Assembly: GCF_001564455.1 (NCBI RefSeq)
Contig: NZ_CP011391.1
Span: 2,010,001 to 2,042,000 of the forward strand
Source: Faecalibaculum rodentium
GTDB lineage: Bacteria; Bacillota_I; Bacilli_A; Erysipelotrichales; Erysipelotrichaceae
Length of the DNA stretch: 32,000 bases
Direction: 5' to 3'
Within the stretch, counting starts at the first letter, position 1; every line of letters starts with the position of its first letter. The notes below the pieces were generated by a model. It was not told the DNA's origin. It was given only the letters and a program-made list of their open reading frames with translations, and ran no database searches. The position numbers and the translations under genes are program-made. Positions 8,778-17,776 of this stretch are shown piece after piece.

Positions 8778-11114
8778 ATGGAAATCGAAAACAAAAGTTA
8801 TTCGGCTCCCGTGCTGCCGGTACCAGGCACACTTCTGCTGCCTGGCACCACGATTCGACTCAAGGACCTGTCCAAAACGGACATCCACCGGCTTCAGGAG
8901 GACCTGTTTGTGGCTGTGCCCGTCCGCAGCGAATCCGGCCGGGATACATGGAAAGATACAGATTTTTACAATTATGGCGTGACGTGCATGATCACGTCCG
9001 TGGAAGACAGTGACGCCACGGCGGTGACACTGCAGCGTGTGCAGATCGTGCAGATGATCGGCGGGCGCTTCCCTGCGGCGGTGTATGAACTGGCGGCGGA
9101 CCAGGAGGACCTGGATGACCGCGCTGTCCAGGACATGCTGGGGTACATCCGCAACCTGGTGAAGGAGATTTCGTCCAGGATCCGCGGGGGCGAGCGTATC
9201 GCCCGGATCGCGGAGGGATACAGCGACATCAACCAGCTGATCACGTATCTGGCCCAGTACATGCCCCTGTCCGCCCAGGAACGCTTCGAGCTCCTGGAGA
9301 TGGATTCGGTGAAGGAACGCTGTCTGCACTTCATTGACCTGCTGCTGCGGCAGAAGGAAATGATTTCCCTGAACCTGGAAATGCAGGAAAAGCTGTCGGG
9401 AGAAGCCTCCAAGTATTATAAGGAACAGGCACTGCGCCGGCAGATCCAGGCCCTGAAAGAGGAACTGGAGGAAACCACCGGCGAGGCCGACGGTGACCGG
9501 GATGATTCCTTCGGGGCACGGATCATGGCCAGCGACATGCCGGAGGAGATCCAGGAAGCCATGCTGGAGGAAGCCAGGAAGCTGGAAAACCAGTCTCAGG
9601 CAGGTCCGGAGACGGACAACATCCGCACGTACCTGGAGTTTGCGCTATCCCTGCCGTGGAAAAAGGAGCCGGTGCAGGAAGCCGACCTGGACAAAGCCAG
9701 GGAAATCCTGAACTCCCGGCACTATGGCATGGACAAGGTCAAGGAACGCATCGTGCAGCACCTGGCGGTGATGCGGCTGCGGAAAACCAACAAAGGCTCT
9801 GCCCTGCTGCTGGTGGGTCCTCCGGGAACCGGCAAGACCTCCCTGGGGAAATCCATCGCGGAAGCGCTGGACCGTCCCTATGTGCGGATGTCCCTGGGCG
9901 GTGTCCGGGATGAATCCGAGATCCGGGGCCACCGGCGGACGTACGTGGGATCCATGGCAGGACGTGTCCTGCAGTCCATGAAGAAAGCCGGACAGACCAA
10001 CCCGGTCATGATTCTGGATGAAGTGGACAAGCTCATGCAGGGGGGCTTCTCGGGCGATCCCGCTGCAGCGATGCTCGAAGTGCTCGACCCGGAGCAGAAC
10101 GACACCTTCAGCGACCACTACCTGGACCAGCCCTATGACCTGTCGGATGTGTTCTTCATTGCCACGGCCAACAGCCTGGACACGATTCCCGGACCGCTGC
10201 TGGACCGCATGGAGGTCATTGAAGTGCCGTCCTACACCGGCGAGGAGAAATTCCACATCGCGCACGATCACCTGATTCCCGAAGTGCTCAGGGACCACGG
10301 CATCGAAAAAGACCAGCTGGTGATCACCGACAGCGCCATTGAAACCCTGGTGGATAACTACACCATGGAGGCCGGCTGCCGCGGGCTCAAGAAGCGCATT
10401 GCGACGATTGCCCGGCATGAATCGGAGAAGATCCTGAAGGATGGCCGGGTGACGGTGGAAGCTGCGAATCTGGAAGAGATCCTGGGGCCGGTGACTGCCC
10501 GGCACGAGAAGGTCAAGGACTCCAACCCGGCGGGTGTGGTGACGGGCCTTGCCTGGACGGCTGTGGGCGGTGAAGTGCTCTTCATTGAAACCACGGACAT
10601 GCCTGGCACGAACCAGATGATCCTGACAGGCCAGCTCGGGGATGTGATGAAGGAATCCGCCCGGATCGCGCTGTCGCTGCTGAAAAGCCGGCTGCCCATG
10701 GATGCGGCCCTCTTCAAGGACCGGGATCTGCACATTCACTTCCCGGCGGGTGCGACCCCGAAGGATGGACCGTCGGCCGGCATCACGATTTTCACCGCCC
10801 TGGCTTCCCTGGTGACAGGTCGTCCGGTTTCCAGCCATCTGGCCATGACCGGCGAGGTATCGCTGTCAGGCAATGTGCTGCCCATCGGCGGGCTGCGGGA
10901 AAAACTTTATGGCGCGCAGCGTGCGGGAATCACAAAGGTGCTGATTCCCTGGGACAACCGGCAGGACCTGGCGGAGGTTCCGGCATCTGTGAAGGAAAAG
11001 CTGGAGATCGTTCCCGTCCGAACGGTGGAGGATGTGCTGCGGGAGACCCTGGGCATTGCCCTGCCCCCTGTGACCCCCTTCGTGAACCCGAACGTTTCGG
11101 TGACCATCCTGTAG
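8778..11114 (+). CDS. lon: ATP-dependent Lon protease (endopeptidase La), 778 aa
   Basis: N-terminal LON domain (PVLPVPGTLLLPG), Walker A GPPGTGKTS, Walker B ILDEVDK, and the catalytic PKDGPSAGIT serine with a downstream Lys. Start chosen at ATG 8778 (AGAGGA 7 nt upstream). The alternative in-frame ATG at 8739 cannot be excluded. Confidence 0.95.
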   Translation: MEIENKSYSAPVLPVPGTLLLPGTTIRLKDLSKTDIHRLQEDLFVAVPVRSESGRDTWKDTDFYNYGVTCMITSVEDSDATAVTLQRVQIVQMIGGRFPAAVYELAADQEDLDDRAVQDMLGYIRNLVKEISSRIRGGERIARIAEGYSDINQLITYLAQYMPLSAQERFELLEMDSVKERCLHFIDLLLRQKEMISLNLEMQEKLSGEASKYYKEQALRRQIQALKEELEETTGEADGDRDDSFGARIMASDMPEEIQEAMLEEARKLENQSQAGPETDNIRTYLEFALSLPWKKEPVQEADLDKAREILNSRHYGMDKVKERIVQHLAVMRLRKTNKGSALLLVGPPGTGKTSLGKSIAEALDRPYVRMSLGGVRDESEIRGHRRTYVGSMAGRVLQSMKKAGQTNPVMILDEVDKLMQGGFSGDPAAAMLEVLDPEQNDTFSDHYLDQPYDLSDVFFIATANSLDTIPGPLLDRMEVIEVPSYTGEEKFHIAHDHLIPEVLRDHGIEKDQLVITDSAIETLVDNYTMEAGCRGLKKRIATIARHESEKILKDGRVTVEAANLEEILGPVTARHEKVKDSNPAGVVTGLAWTAVGGEVLFIETTDMPGTNQMILTGQLGDVMKESARIALSLLKSRLPMDAALFKDRDLHIHFPAGATPKDGPSAGITIFTALASLVTGRPVSSHLAMTGEVSLSGNVLPIGGLREKLYGAQRAGITKVLIPWDNRQDLAEVPASVKEKLEIVPVRTVEDVLRETLGIALPPVTPFVNPNVSVTIL

Positions 11115-11120
11115 CAGCCA

Positions 11121-11152
11121 GGCACCCTGTCGCCTGGAGGCGCCAGGGTGCC
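11121..11152 (+). other. GC-rich hairpin directly after lon stop
   Basis: GGCACCCTG-t-CGCC-tgga-GGCG-c-CAGGGTGCC gives 13 paired positions. No clear U-run follows (CCGCUGCUUUC). Confidence 0.4.
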
Positions 11153-11301
11153 CCGCTGCTTTCAGGAAAGTGACATTCAGGCTGGCCGTGTCGAGGATGA
11201 TGCGGGATGCTGTGAGGAAGGTTCCTGTCAGAATGGCGAATCGTCGCCGAATCAGTCCGACAGCATGTGTGTCACCAGCTCCGTTGAAATTCAGACAGCA
11301 T

Positions 11302-11364
11302 AAAACCGGCTGACTGCCGCTGGCTTCCTTATATCAGGACAGACAGCGGCATCAGCCGGTTTTT
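11302..11364. terminator. Long bidirectional terminator between lon and ldh
   Basis: AAAACCGGCTGA(C)TGCCGCTG ... CAGCGGCATCAGCCGGTTTTT forms an ~18-bp stem with one bulge. An A-run lies 5' and a T-run 3'. It sits between convergent genes. Confidence 0.65.
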
Positions 11365-11390
11365 CTTCTGGTTTCTTTCGGGCTGCACTC

Positions 11391-12344
11391 CTAGAGATGC
11401 AGCTCATCCTGGAACGACTTCATGATCTCACCGGACTTTTCCAGTTTCCGCCGTTCCTCGTCACTCAGGTCGATCTCCACAATCTCCCGGGCACCGGTCT
11501 TGTCCAGGATCACAGGCACCGACAGGAACACATTCTCCTGCCCGTATTCACCATCCAGCAGCACCGATACGGGATAAATCCGGTTTTCATTGAAGAGAAC
11601 CGACTTGATGATCGCGCATGCAGCCGCCGCGATTCCGTAACACGTATTGCCCTTCCGGTTGAAGACCTCCCATCCCAGGTTGATGACCCTGTCATGCAGG
11701 GCATCCTTCGTCACTTCCTTCGTTCTCTCCGCGTTGTCTTCCATGACCGCCGTCACCGCCTTGCCGCCGATCGTTGCAGAATCCCACAGAATCACCTCGC
11801 TGTCCCCGTGCTCCCCGCAGATGAACGCCTCCACACTCTTGGGATCCAGGTCATAGAGCCCCGACAGCTCGGCACAGAGTCTCGCGGAATCCAGCGTCGT
11901 ACCGGATCCGATGACCTGATTGCGCGGCAGCCCCGAAAGCTTCCAGACATAATACGACATAATGTCCACCGGATTTGACACAATCAGGAAAACGCCGTTG
12001 AATCCGGCCTCCATGACGCTTTCCGTAATGGACTTCATGATGTTCATCGACGGTGCCAGCATCTCCAGCCGGTCATGTGCATCTTTGGCCATCGGCGCAG
12101 ACGCCGTCACGACCACCAGATCCGCATTCCGGCAGTCCTCATAGGTGCCGCTGCGGATGACGATGTTCCGGTTCATGAAATACACCGCATGGGTCATGTC
12201 CAGTGCCTCGGCATAGGCCTTGTCCTCATTCCGGTCGATCAGGACGATCTCCTCGCACAGACCCTGGTTCAGAATCGTATACGCAATCGTGCTCCCGACA
12301 TTGCCGCAGCCCACGATCACCACTTTGCTGTCCTTGAAACTCAT
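11391..12344 (-). CDS. ldh: L-lactate dehydrogenase, 317 aa
   Basis: ORF 11391..13040 trimmed to ATG 12344 (MSFKDSKVVIVGCGNVGS: Rossmann GxGxxG), with GAGGAGAA upstream. Contains SGTTLDSAR and GEHGDS (catalytic His), typical of L-LDH. Confidence 0.9.
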   Translation of the reverse strand: MSFKDSKVVIVGCGNVGSTIAYTILNQGLCEEIVLIDRNEDKAYAEALDMTHAVYFMNRNIVIRSGTYEDCRNADLVVVTASAPMAKDAHDRLEMLAPSMNIMKSITESVMEAGFNGVFLIVSNPVDIMSYYVWKLSGLPRNQVIGSGTTLDSARLCAELSGLYDLDPKSVEAFICGEHGDSEVILWDSATIGGKAVTAVMEDNAERTKEVTKDALHDRVINLGWEVFNRKGNTCYGIAAAACAIIKSVLFNENRIYPVSVLLDGEYGQENVFLSVPVILDKTGAREIVEIDLSDEERRKLEKSGEIMKSFQDELHL

Positions 12345-12374
12345 GTCATTCTCCTCGCTTTTCTGTCGATACAG

Positions 12375-12938
12375 ATGATACCAGCCGGATATCACAAGTG
12401 GGTGCCTCAGGCACTCCGTTTCCTGCCGATGCCGGCAGACCAGGACATCCGCGGGTGCATCGCCTGCGGCTACTGCAAGAGTCATGGACAGTGCGTCTTT
12501 CACGACATCGTCAATGAACTGGCGCCTGAATTCGAAGAAGCCGACGGGCTGCTTGTCGGCACCCCGGTCTACTACGCACAGCCCAATGCCACGCTGGTGG
12601 CGCTGCTCCAGCGGCTGTTCTACTCCACACCCTTTGACAAGCGCATGAAAGTCGGTGTCTGCGTGGTCTGCTGCCGACGGGGCGGTGCATCTGCCACCTT
12701 CGATGCCCTGAACAAGTTTTTCACCATTTCCCAGATGCCGGTGGTATCCAGCCAGTACTGGAACTCCATCCACGGCCAGACCCCGGGAGAAGCTCAGCAG
12801 GATGAAGAAGGAAAGCAGACGATGCGGACACTCGGCCGCAACATGGCTTTCCTCATGAAATCCATCGCCCTGGGAAAAGAACAGCAGGGACTCCCGGAGG
12901 TGGAGGCAGTCCGCCAGAGCACGAACTTTATCCGGTAA
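12375..12938 (+). pseudogene. 5'-truncated flavodoxin-like (FMN reductase/iron-sulfur flavoprotein type) gene remnant
   Basis: The translation from ...DIRGCIACGYCKSHGQCVF... to ...STNFIR matches the C-terminal ~150 aa of flavodoxin-family proteins. The N-terminal beta1/phosphate-binding-loop segment is absent, and only about 30 bp separate the first in-frame ATG (12375) from the divergent ldh start (12344). Its own terminator is retained. Confidence 0.6.
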
Positions 12939-12959
12939 ATTCTCCGGAGGATAACAGAA

Positions 12960-12995
12960 GGACTGAGTCGCGTTGTGCGCACTCAGTCCTTTTTT
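12960..12995 (+). terminator. Intrinsic terminator of flavodoxin-like remnant
   Basis: GGACTGAGT/ACTCAGTCC 9-bp stem, 12-nt loop, then TTTTTT (12990-12995). Confidence 0.7.
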
Positions 12996-13078
12996 CTGTT
13001 TCCTGTATCCGATACCGGTGGCAGGCAGCCCGCCAACCACTTTATGTACCTGTGTCCCTTCTGCCGCCTCGTGACCCC

Positions 13079-13596
13079 CCTGTCGTTTCTGTCAGTCCGC
13101 TGACCCTTCCCCGAGAGATGCCTGCAGTTCCAGGACCCGTGCCATGGACAGACCCGTTGCTTTGGACACCAGTTCCGGTGAAACCTGTTCCCTCAGCAGA
13201 TTGATGGCGATCTCTGTCCGGCTTTCTTCACGACTTTCTTCCCCGCTCTCGTCAACCAGCTTCTGTACCGCATCACACATCTGTCTTACCTCCTTGTCAT
13301 CCGTCTTCAAATCCTGTCCAGAGATGCCAATGGCAGGCAAATCACTGCATGTACCCGACAGGTTCGCATTGAAGGCACTCGAGCCTGTCGTTTCTGTCAG
13401 TCCGCTGACCCTTCCCCGAGAGATGCCTGCAGTTCCAGGACACGCTCCATGGACAGACCCGTTGCTTTGGACACCAGTTCCGGTGCTGCTTTTTCCTTCA
13501 GCAGATTGATGGCGATTTCCTCCTTACTCTCGTCCACCAGCTTCTGTACCGCATCACACATCTGTACAACCTCCTTGTCATCTGTCTTCAGATCCA
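13079..13596. repeat. Tandem partial duplication (~305-bp period) of the 3' end of the PD-(D/E)XK gene
   Basis: 13079-13137 and 13384-13442 are identical (cctgtcgtttctgtcagtccgctgacccttccccgagagatgcctgcagttccaggac). Similarity continues, diverged, to about 13316 and about 13596. The left copy has an extra ~33 bp. Confidence 0.8.
13092..13340 (-). pseudogene. C-terminal fragment of a PD-(D/E)XK (Rpn-like) gene
   Basis: ...DLKTDDKEVRQMCDAVQKLVDES...IAINLLRE..PELVSKATGLSMARVLELQASLGEGSAD parallels the last ~75 aa of the adjacent full-length gene. No nuclease core is present. Confidence 0.65.
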
Positions 13597-14308
13597 GGCA
13601 TCGCCTTGCCAGCACGGGATAGTGCATCTTCATGGGATTGGATTCATGCATGTCAGCCATCAGCCACCCCAGTGCATCCTCTCCCCGCCATTCGCCATTT
13701 ACGACCAGAAAATGGAGGCCAAAGTCCATCTTCACGTCATGGCCCCTGGGCAGCACTTCGTATTCATACAAAGGCAGGCCGCTGCCTGGATAATCTTTAT
13801 CTATTATGAAGATAACATAGGTATCCGGCAGCTTCTGCCAGTCTCCGCCTTTTTCCAGCAGTGTGGCGTCCATCATTGCCGCATGGTGACGCATCCGCCG
13901 CGGACTGAATTCCTCTTTTCCGTTCTGGACCTCAACATTGAAGCGCCTGCCGGTGTCATCCTGAGCCAGGACATCCAGCCAAAGACTGCGGTTGACACCG
14001 TTTTCCAGCAGTTCCTGCACCTTGACGGAAATCACACGCAAACCGGGCATCTTCAGGATGATCCGCAGGATCAGCTGAACCGCCGGAATGTCCTTCAGTG
14101 CTACCCGCGCGAACAGATCGTCGATCAGGCGATAGTTCAGCACCGTAAATTTCGTTTTGTCCCTGACAGGATCCAGATCCGGGTAGAGAGTATGATACCA
14201 GGGCCAGTCCGGCCTTTCCCTCTGCTCCTGCAAACGCTGTGTAAAATTTCCGTCTGCGTCCAGCCAGCCGGCTGTTTCTGTGTCCTTGCGGGACTGTTTC
14301 TCATCCAT
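13397..14308 (-). CDS. PD-(D/E)XK nuclease family putative transposase (Rpn/YhgA-like), 303 aa
   Basis: Core LWLDVLAQDDTGRRFNVEVQNGKEE (D...ExQ/K). AGGAGG lies 8 nt upstream of ATG 14308. Paralogous to 2705..3700 and 28759..29150. Confidence 0.75.
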   Translation of the reverse strand: MDEKQSRKDTETAGWLDADGNFTQRLQEQRERPDWPWYHTLYPDLDPVRDKTKFTVLNYRLIDDLFARVALKDIPAVQLILRIILKMPGLRVISVKVQELLENGVNRSLWLDVLAQDDTGRRFNVEVQNGKEEFSPRRMRHHAAMMDATLLEKGGDWQKLPDTYVIFIIDKDYPGSGLPLYEYEVLPRGHDVKMDFGLHFLVVNGEWRGEDALGWLMADMHESNPMKMHYPVLARRCLDLKTDDKEVVQMCDAVQKLVDESKEEIAINLLKEKAAPELVSKATGLSMERVLELQASLGEGSAD

Positions 14309-14506
14309 ACAAAGAACCTCCTGTTATATAGATTCGCCAGAAGGCCCTGTTTTTGATGAAAGTTTCTGGACGGGACTGAATTTGAGACAATTGTACCGTT
14401 TTCCTGATTCTCTCTGGCAAAAGCCGGTACAGACCAGGCAGTTTCCCGCTCCCCACACGAGACCGTCTCCATCACCCCGAATGGCCAGCGCCATCTTCCG
14501 CCGCAA

Positions 14507-14567
14507 ATCGAGTAGGTGTCATCTGACCCTCTCACACCACCCAGCGTGCCGTTCGGCACTGGGCGGT
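14507..14567 (-). ncRNA. Intron catalytic domain V plus domain VI
   Basis: Domain V is A-CCGCCCAG-UGCC-GAAC-GGCA-CG-CUGGGUGG-U: an 8-bp lower stem with a CGC triad, a 4-bp upper stem, and a 2-nt bulge. Domain VI is GAGAGG-GUC-AGAU-GAC-A-CCU-[A]-CUC. The bulged A lies 7 nt from the 3' end ...GAU. Confidence 0.75.
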
Positions 14568-15881
14568 TCGTACAAATGTTTTCATGAACCTTACTGCCAC
14601 CGTATCGAAGTATTCCTCCATGGATAGAAGGCCTTTCTTTTTCAGGTGTATATTTCTGATATACTTGTTCAGGAATGTGATTGCACAACGGACATATCCC
14701 TGTCGTGCACACGCATATGAGTGAGCCTTGTCTCTGGGACATCCCAGTTTGATGAGGCTCTCTTCTTTTTTCCTGATGCTTTTCCACTGCTTCCAGATGA
14801 TGGCCCTGATTCTTCTCCGGAGCTTGCTGTCCAGTTTGCGCACCGTTTCTTTATACAGCCATGCACACCTGAAATAATTGCTCCATCCCCTGATGACCTG
14901 ATTGATTTTTTCAATCCTCTCCTCAAGAGATACGCTCCAGTTCCGTTTTGTCAGCTTCATTATCTTCTGCTCGAACTCATGAATGGACTTCTCATGCGGT
15001 ATCGCCTTCCATTCCCTTTTGTTCCTTTTGAAGCCAAACCCCAGATATTTCACTTCATCCGGTCTGGCCACTTTCGATTTTGAAGCATTCACTTCCAGCT
15101 TCAGCTTCTTTTCAAGATAGTTGCTGAATGACTTCATCACTCTGTTGGCGGCGGCTTCCGATTTCACATAGATGAGCATATCGTCTGCGTATCTCGTGAA
15201 TCTCAGCCCTCTGCTTTCCAGTTCCTTGTCTGCCTGGTCCAGATAGATGTTGGCCAGTACCGGCGAAAGCGGCCCTCCCTGCGGGATGCCTCTTTCTGTC
15301 CTGACAAGCCTTCCGTCTATCATGACTCCAGCTCTGACGAACTTCCTTGTCAGCGACGTGACGTCCCTGTTATGGAACAGGTTGTCTATCAGGCGGATCA
15401 GTCTGTCCTGGTCTACCGTATCGAAGAATTTCCTCAGGTCGATGTCGACGATCCAGTCATACCCGTCGTTCATGAACTCGAGGCCTTTCAGTATCGCCTG
15501 TTCACATCTCCTGTTCTTCCTGAACCCGTATGAGCTGTTGCTCATCTCGAAGTCCTTCCTGTAATCCAGATAGCTTGCCAGACAGGCCTGCACGACTCTG
15601 TCTCTGGCTGCCGGGACATTCAGTCCCCGCATGCTCCCATCCGGTTTCGGGATATCGGTCCTTTTGGCTGGCAGTGGTTTATAGCTGCGGTCCAGTATCT
15701 GTTCCCGCAACTGTTCCCAGTACTCTCCGGGGCACACAGGGAGTTCTCTGGCTTTGACCCCATCTACTCCCGCCGCTCCGTTGTTTCGTCGTACCTGTCT
15801 GCACGCATTGGTCAGGTTCTCCATGGAGAAGATTTCCTGAGTGCTCAGGTCTTCCGGCTGTATCAGTCTGGTCTGGTTCAT
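14532..15881 (-). CDS. Group II intron reverse transcriptase/maturase, 449 aa (no En domain)
   Basis: RT motifs are present, including GVDG, PQGGPLSP and YADDMLIY. An X/maturase region follows. The protein is too short to hold a C-terminal HNH endonuclease domain. Confidence 0.92.
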   Translation of the reverse strand: MNQTRLIQPEDLSTQEIFSMENLTNACRQVRRNNGAAGVDGVKARELPVCPGEYWEQLREQILDRSYKPLPAKRTDIPKPDGSMRGLNVPAARDRVVQACLASYLDYRKDFEMSNSSYGFRKNRRCEQAILKGLEFMNDGYDWIVDIDLRKFFDTVDQDRLIRLIDNLFHNRDVTSLTRKFVRAGVMIDGRLVRTERGIPQGGPLSPVLANIYLDQADKELESRGLRFTRYADDMLIYVKSEAAANRVMKSFSNYLEKKLKLEVNASKSKVARPDEVKYLGFGFKRNKREWKAIPHEKSIHEFEQKIMKLTKRNWSVSLEERIEKINQVIRGWSNYFRCAWLYKETVRKLDSKLRRRIRAIIWKQWKSIRKKEESLIKLGCPRDKAHSYACARQGYVRCAITFLNKYIRNIHLKKKGLLSMEEYFDTVAVRFMKTFVRTAQCRTARWVV

Positions 15882-16416
15882 GGCTGCTCCTTTCTTTCAC
15901 GTGTTCCTGCACTGCCCTTCCTTACTCATCTTCAGGGGCTCTCTGGGTTTGTCCTTTATCGGTTTGTTGTGCAGGACGCATTCCTGATATTTGCAGTAAA
16001 TTGTACGTTCGGCCCTTCACTCCATCCCCATTACAGGGACTTCTTCGCTACTATGGCCTCGGCTGACTTCCTGCCATTCGTTATTACTGCGGGAAGGGGG
16101 TCATCATGGTTTGATGATTCCTCTCGCTGGCAGGACCTCCCCGGGTAAGGTCATACATCTTTCATTCCATATACCTGCCGCATTTACCCCAGACAGTCAT
16201 CCGCAACTATTACGACTTTGCGCTGTTTCGCACGCTCGTCTCCGTCTGTGGCCTTATATGCGGTTCGTGTTCCTCAGGCCGGAACTTTGCCGCCGGGCTT
16301 CTTTCAGAACTCCTGTTACCAGTGAGCCCCTTGCCTTGAGCTAATGGTTAGCGGTTGCGATGATACGCTCCCATGGTGGACTTTCACCACCTGGATGTAT
16401 GCCATGCCGGGCACAC

Positions 16417-16454
16417 GAAAAAAGCAGGACCGGCAGCCCCTCAGCCGCCAGCCC
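16417..16454 (-). terminator. Intrinsic terminator used as the intron homing site
   Basis: On the minus strand, GGGCUGGCGGC-UGAGGG-GCUGCCGGUCC forms an 11-bp stem including 3 G-U pairs, followed by UGCUUUUUUC. The stop codon of the upstream small ORF lies in the loop. Confidence 0.7.
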
Positions 16455-16713
16455 TGTGTTCCCTCTCGTATTCCTGCCACAACTTGTGCACCACATGCCA
16501 CTGGTCACGCGTCAAATGTCGGTCAAAGGAGGCAATGCAGCCCTGTTCATCGAACGTCACCCTCGCCGCCAGGATCTCCATCCGGCCATCCTTCTGATCC
16601 GCAAACAGGATCCATTCACCCCGGATCATCAGCACCGGGTATCGCCTCAGAATCACCGATTCCTTCTCATACACCATCAGCTCCCGGTGATCCGCCGAAA
16701 TCTCAATATACAT
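16441..16713 (-). CDS. Small hypothetical protein, 90 aa
   Basis: ORF 16441..16818 trimmed to ATG 16713 (MYIEISADH...), with GGAGAGG upstream. ATG 16740 is an alternative start. No motif recognised. Confidence 0.5.
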   Translation of the reverse strand: MYIEISADHRELMVYEKESVILRRYPVLMIRGEWILFADQKDGRMEILAARVTFDEQGCIASFDRHLTRDQWHVVHKLWQEYEREHRAGG

Positions 16714-16846
16714 CCTGACCGTCCTCTCCCGCTTTCCCATTCTCAGATCTGTCCCTTTGCCTGTCAACCTCCCCGTTGCCTGCTCCGGGGACCTCCCACG
16801 GTCAAACCCCCTTCGCAACCGCTGCTGCCGGCGCTATCATGAAAGC

Positions 16847-17776
16847 ATGTCAGACAAACAAAAAGGGATCCTGTGTCTGGTCGCATCCAGTTTCTGCTTT
16901 GCGCTCATGAATGTATTCATCCGGCTCGCAGGCGACATCCCTTCCATCGAAAAAACCTTCTTCCGCAACTTCATTGCCATGATCGTGGCGGGCATCGCCA
17001 TGGCAAGGGCCCATGAAGGCTTCGCCTATCGCCGGCAGGACCTGCCTCTGCTCACCCTGCGCTCGGTCTGCGGGACCCTGGGCATGATGTGCAACTTCTA
17101 TGCCGTAGACCACATGCTTCTCGCAGATGCCACAGCCATCCAGAAACTCGTGCCGTTCTTCACCATCCTCTCCAGCTGGCTGATCCTCAAGGAACGCATC
17201 AAGTCCTGGCAGGGCGGTCTCATTCTCCTGGCCTTCGCAGCCAGCCTGCTCGTCGTCAAACCCGGCTTCACCCCGGACCTGGGACCGGCCATCATCCAGT
17301 TCGCTGGCGCCCTCGCTGCGGGATTTGCCTACACCTACGTCCGGCAGCTCACCCTCAGGGGCGTCGCAAAACCAAAAATCATTTTCTTTTTCTCCGCGTT
17401 TTCCTGCATCGCCGTGATACCCCTCATTGCCATGGACTTCGTGCAGCCCGATGCATACCAGCTCCTCATGCTCCTGTGCACCGGACTTGCGGCCAGCGGC
17501 GGGCAGTTTGCGATCACCTACGCCTACGGCTTTGCGCCTGCCCGACAGATTTCCATCTACGACTACTCCCAGATCCTGTTCTCCGCCCTCTTCGGCCTGG
17601 TGTTCTTCGGACAGCTCCCCGACTGGCTGAGCTGGCTTGGCTATGCCCTGCTCATCGCAGTCGCCCTGGCCAACTTCGTGCTCTCCAGCCGTCCGGACAA
17701 ATCAGACCCCACCCACCCGGCTGCAGACCCTGGCCCCACAGATCCAGACTCCCACAGAAAGGAGAGAACCGCATGA
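16847..17776 (+). CDS. DMT superfamily (EamA-like) transporter, 309 aa
   Basis: About 10 hydrophobic segments in two repeats. N-terminus GILCLVASSFCFALMNVFIRLAG and the overall pattern are typical of EamA domains. Start taken at the first ATG (16847); the tracked ORF begins at an upstream TTG. Confidence 0.8.
   Translation: MSDKQKGILCLVASSFCFALMNVFIRLAGDIPSIEKTFFRNFIAMIVAGIAMARAHEGFAYRRQDLPLLTLRSVCGTLGMMCNFYAVDHMLLADATAIQKLVPFFTILSSWLILKERIKSWQGGLILLAFAASLLVVKPGFTPDLGPAIIQFAGALAAGFAYTYVRQLTLRGVAKPKIIFFFSAFSCIAVIPLIAMDFVQPDAYQLLMLLCTGLAASGGQFAITYAYGFAPARQISIYDYSQILFSALFGLVFFGQLPDWLSWLGYALLIAVALANFVLSSRPDKSDPTHPAADPGPTDPDSHRKERTA

Larger units (their letters stand above)
14507..16416 (-). mobile_element. 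Group II intron, bacterial class C (IIC) type, 1910 nt
   Basis: The 5' end GTGTGCCCGGCATGG starts at 16416, directly after the terminator U-tract. Domain I-III-like segments are present (GGTGAAAGTCC, GGCAAAG...CTGAGGAACACGAAC, TTACCCGGGGAGGTC). The RT ORF lies in domain IV. Domain V is at 14567-14536 and domain VI, with a bulged A at 14513, ends ...CGAT at 14507. Confidence 0.85.

Noticed and set aside
9645-10838. 397-aa minus-strand ORF inside lon
   Set aside because: It is antisense to the unambiguous Lon protease gene.
12345-13040. N-terminal 232 codons of the tracked 549-aa ORF 11391..13040
   Set aside because: LDH homology, the Rossmann motif and an RBS all begin at ATG 12344. The extension is antisense to the flavodoxin-like remnant.
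14309-14506. Search for intron domains V/VI downstream of the RT stop, including the hairpin GTACCG...CGGTAC at 14393-14430
   Set aside because: No helix there has the domain V architecture (triad, 2-nt bulge, tetraloop). A proper domain V and domain VI were found overlapping and just after the end of the RT ORF (14507-14567), so this stretch is 3' exon/intergenic DNA. The 14393-14430 hairpin remains unexplained but unremarkable.
17089-17772. N-terminal part of the tracked 649-aa ORF 17089..19038
   Set aside because: It overlaps the EamA transporter out of frame and gives a Pro/Arg/His-rich translation. The exonuclease has its own RBS and ATG at 17773.
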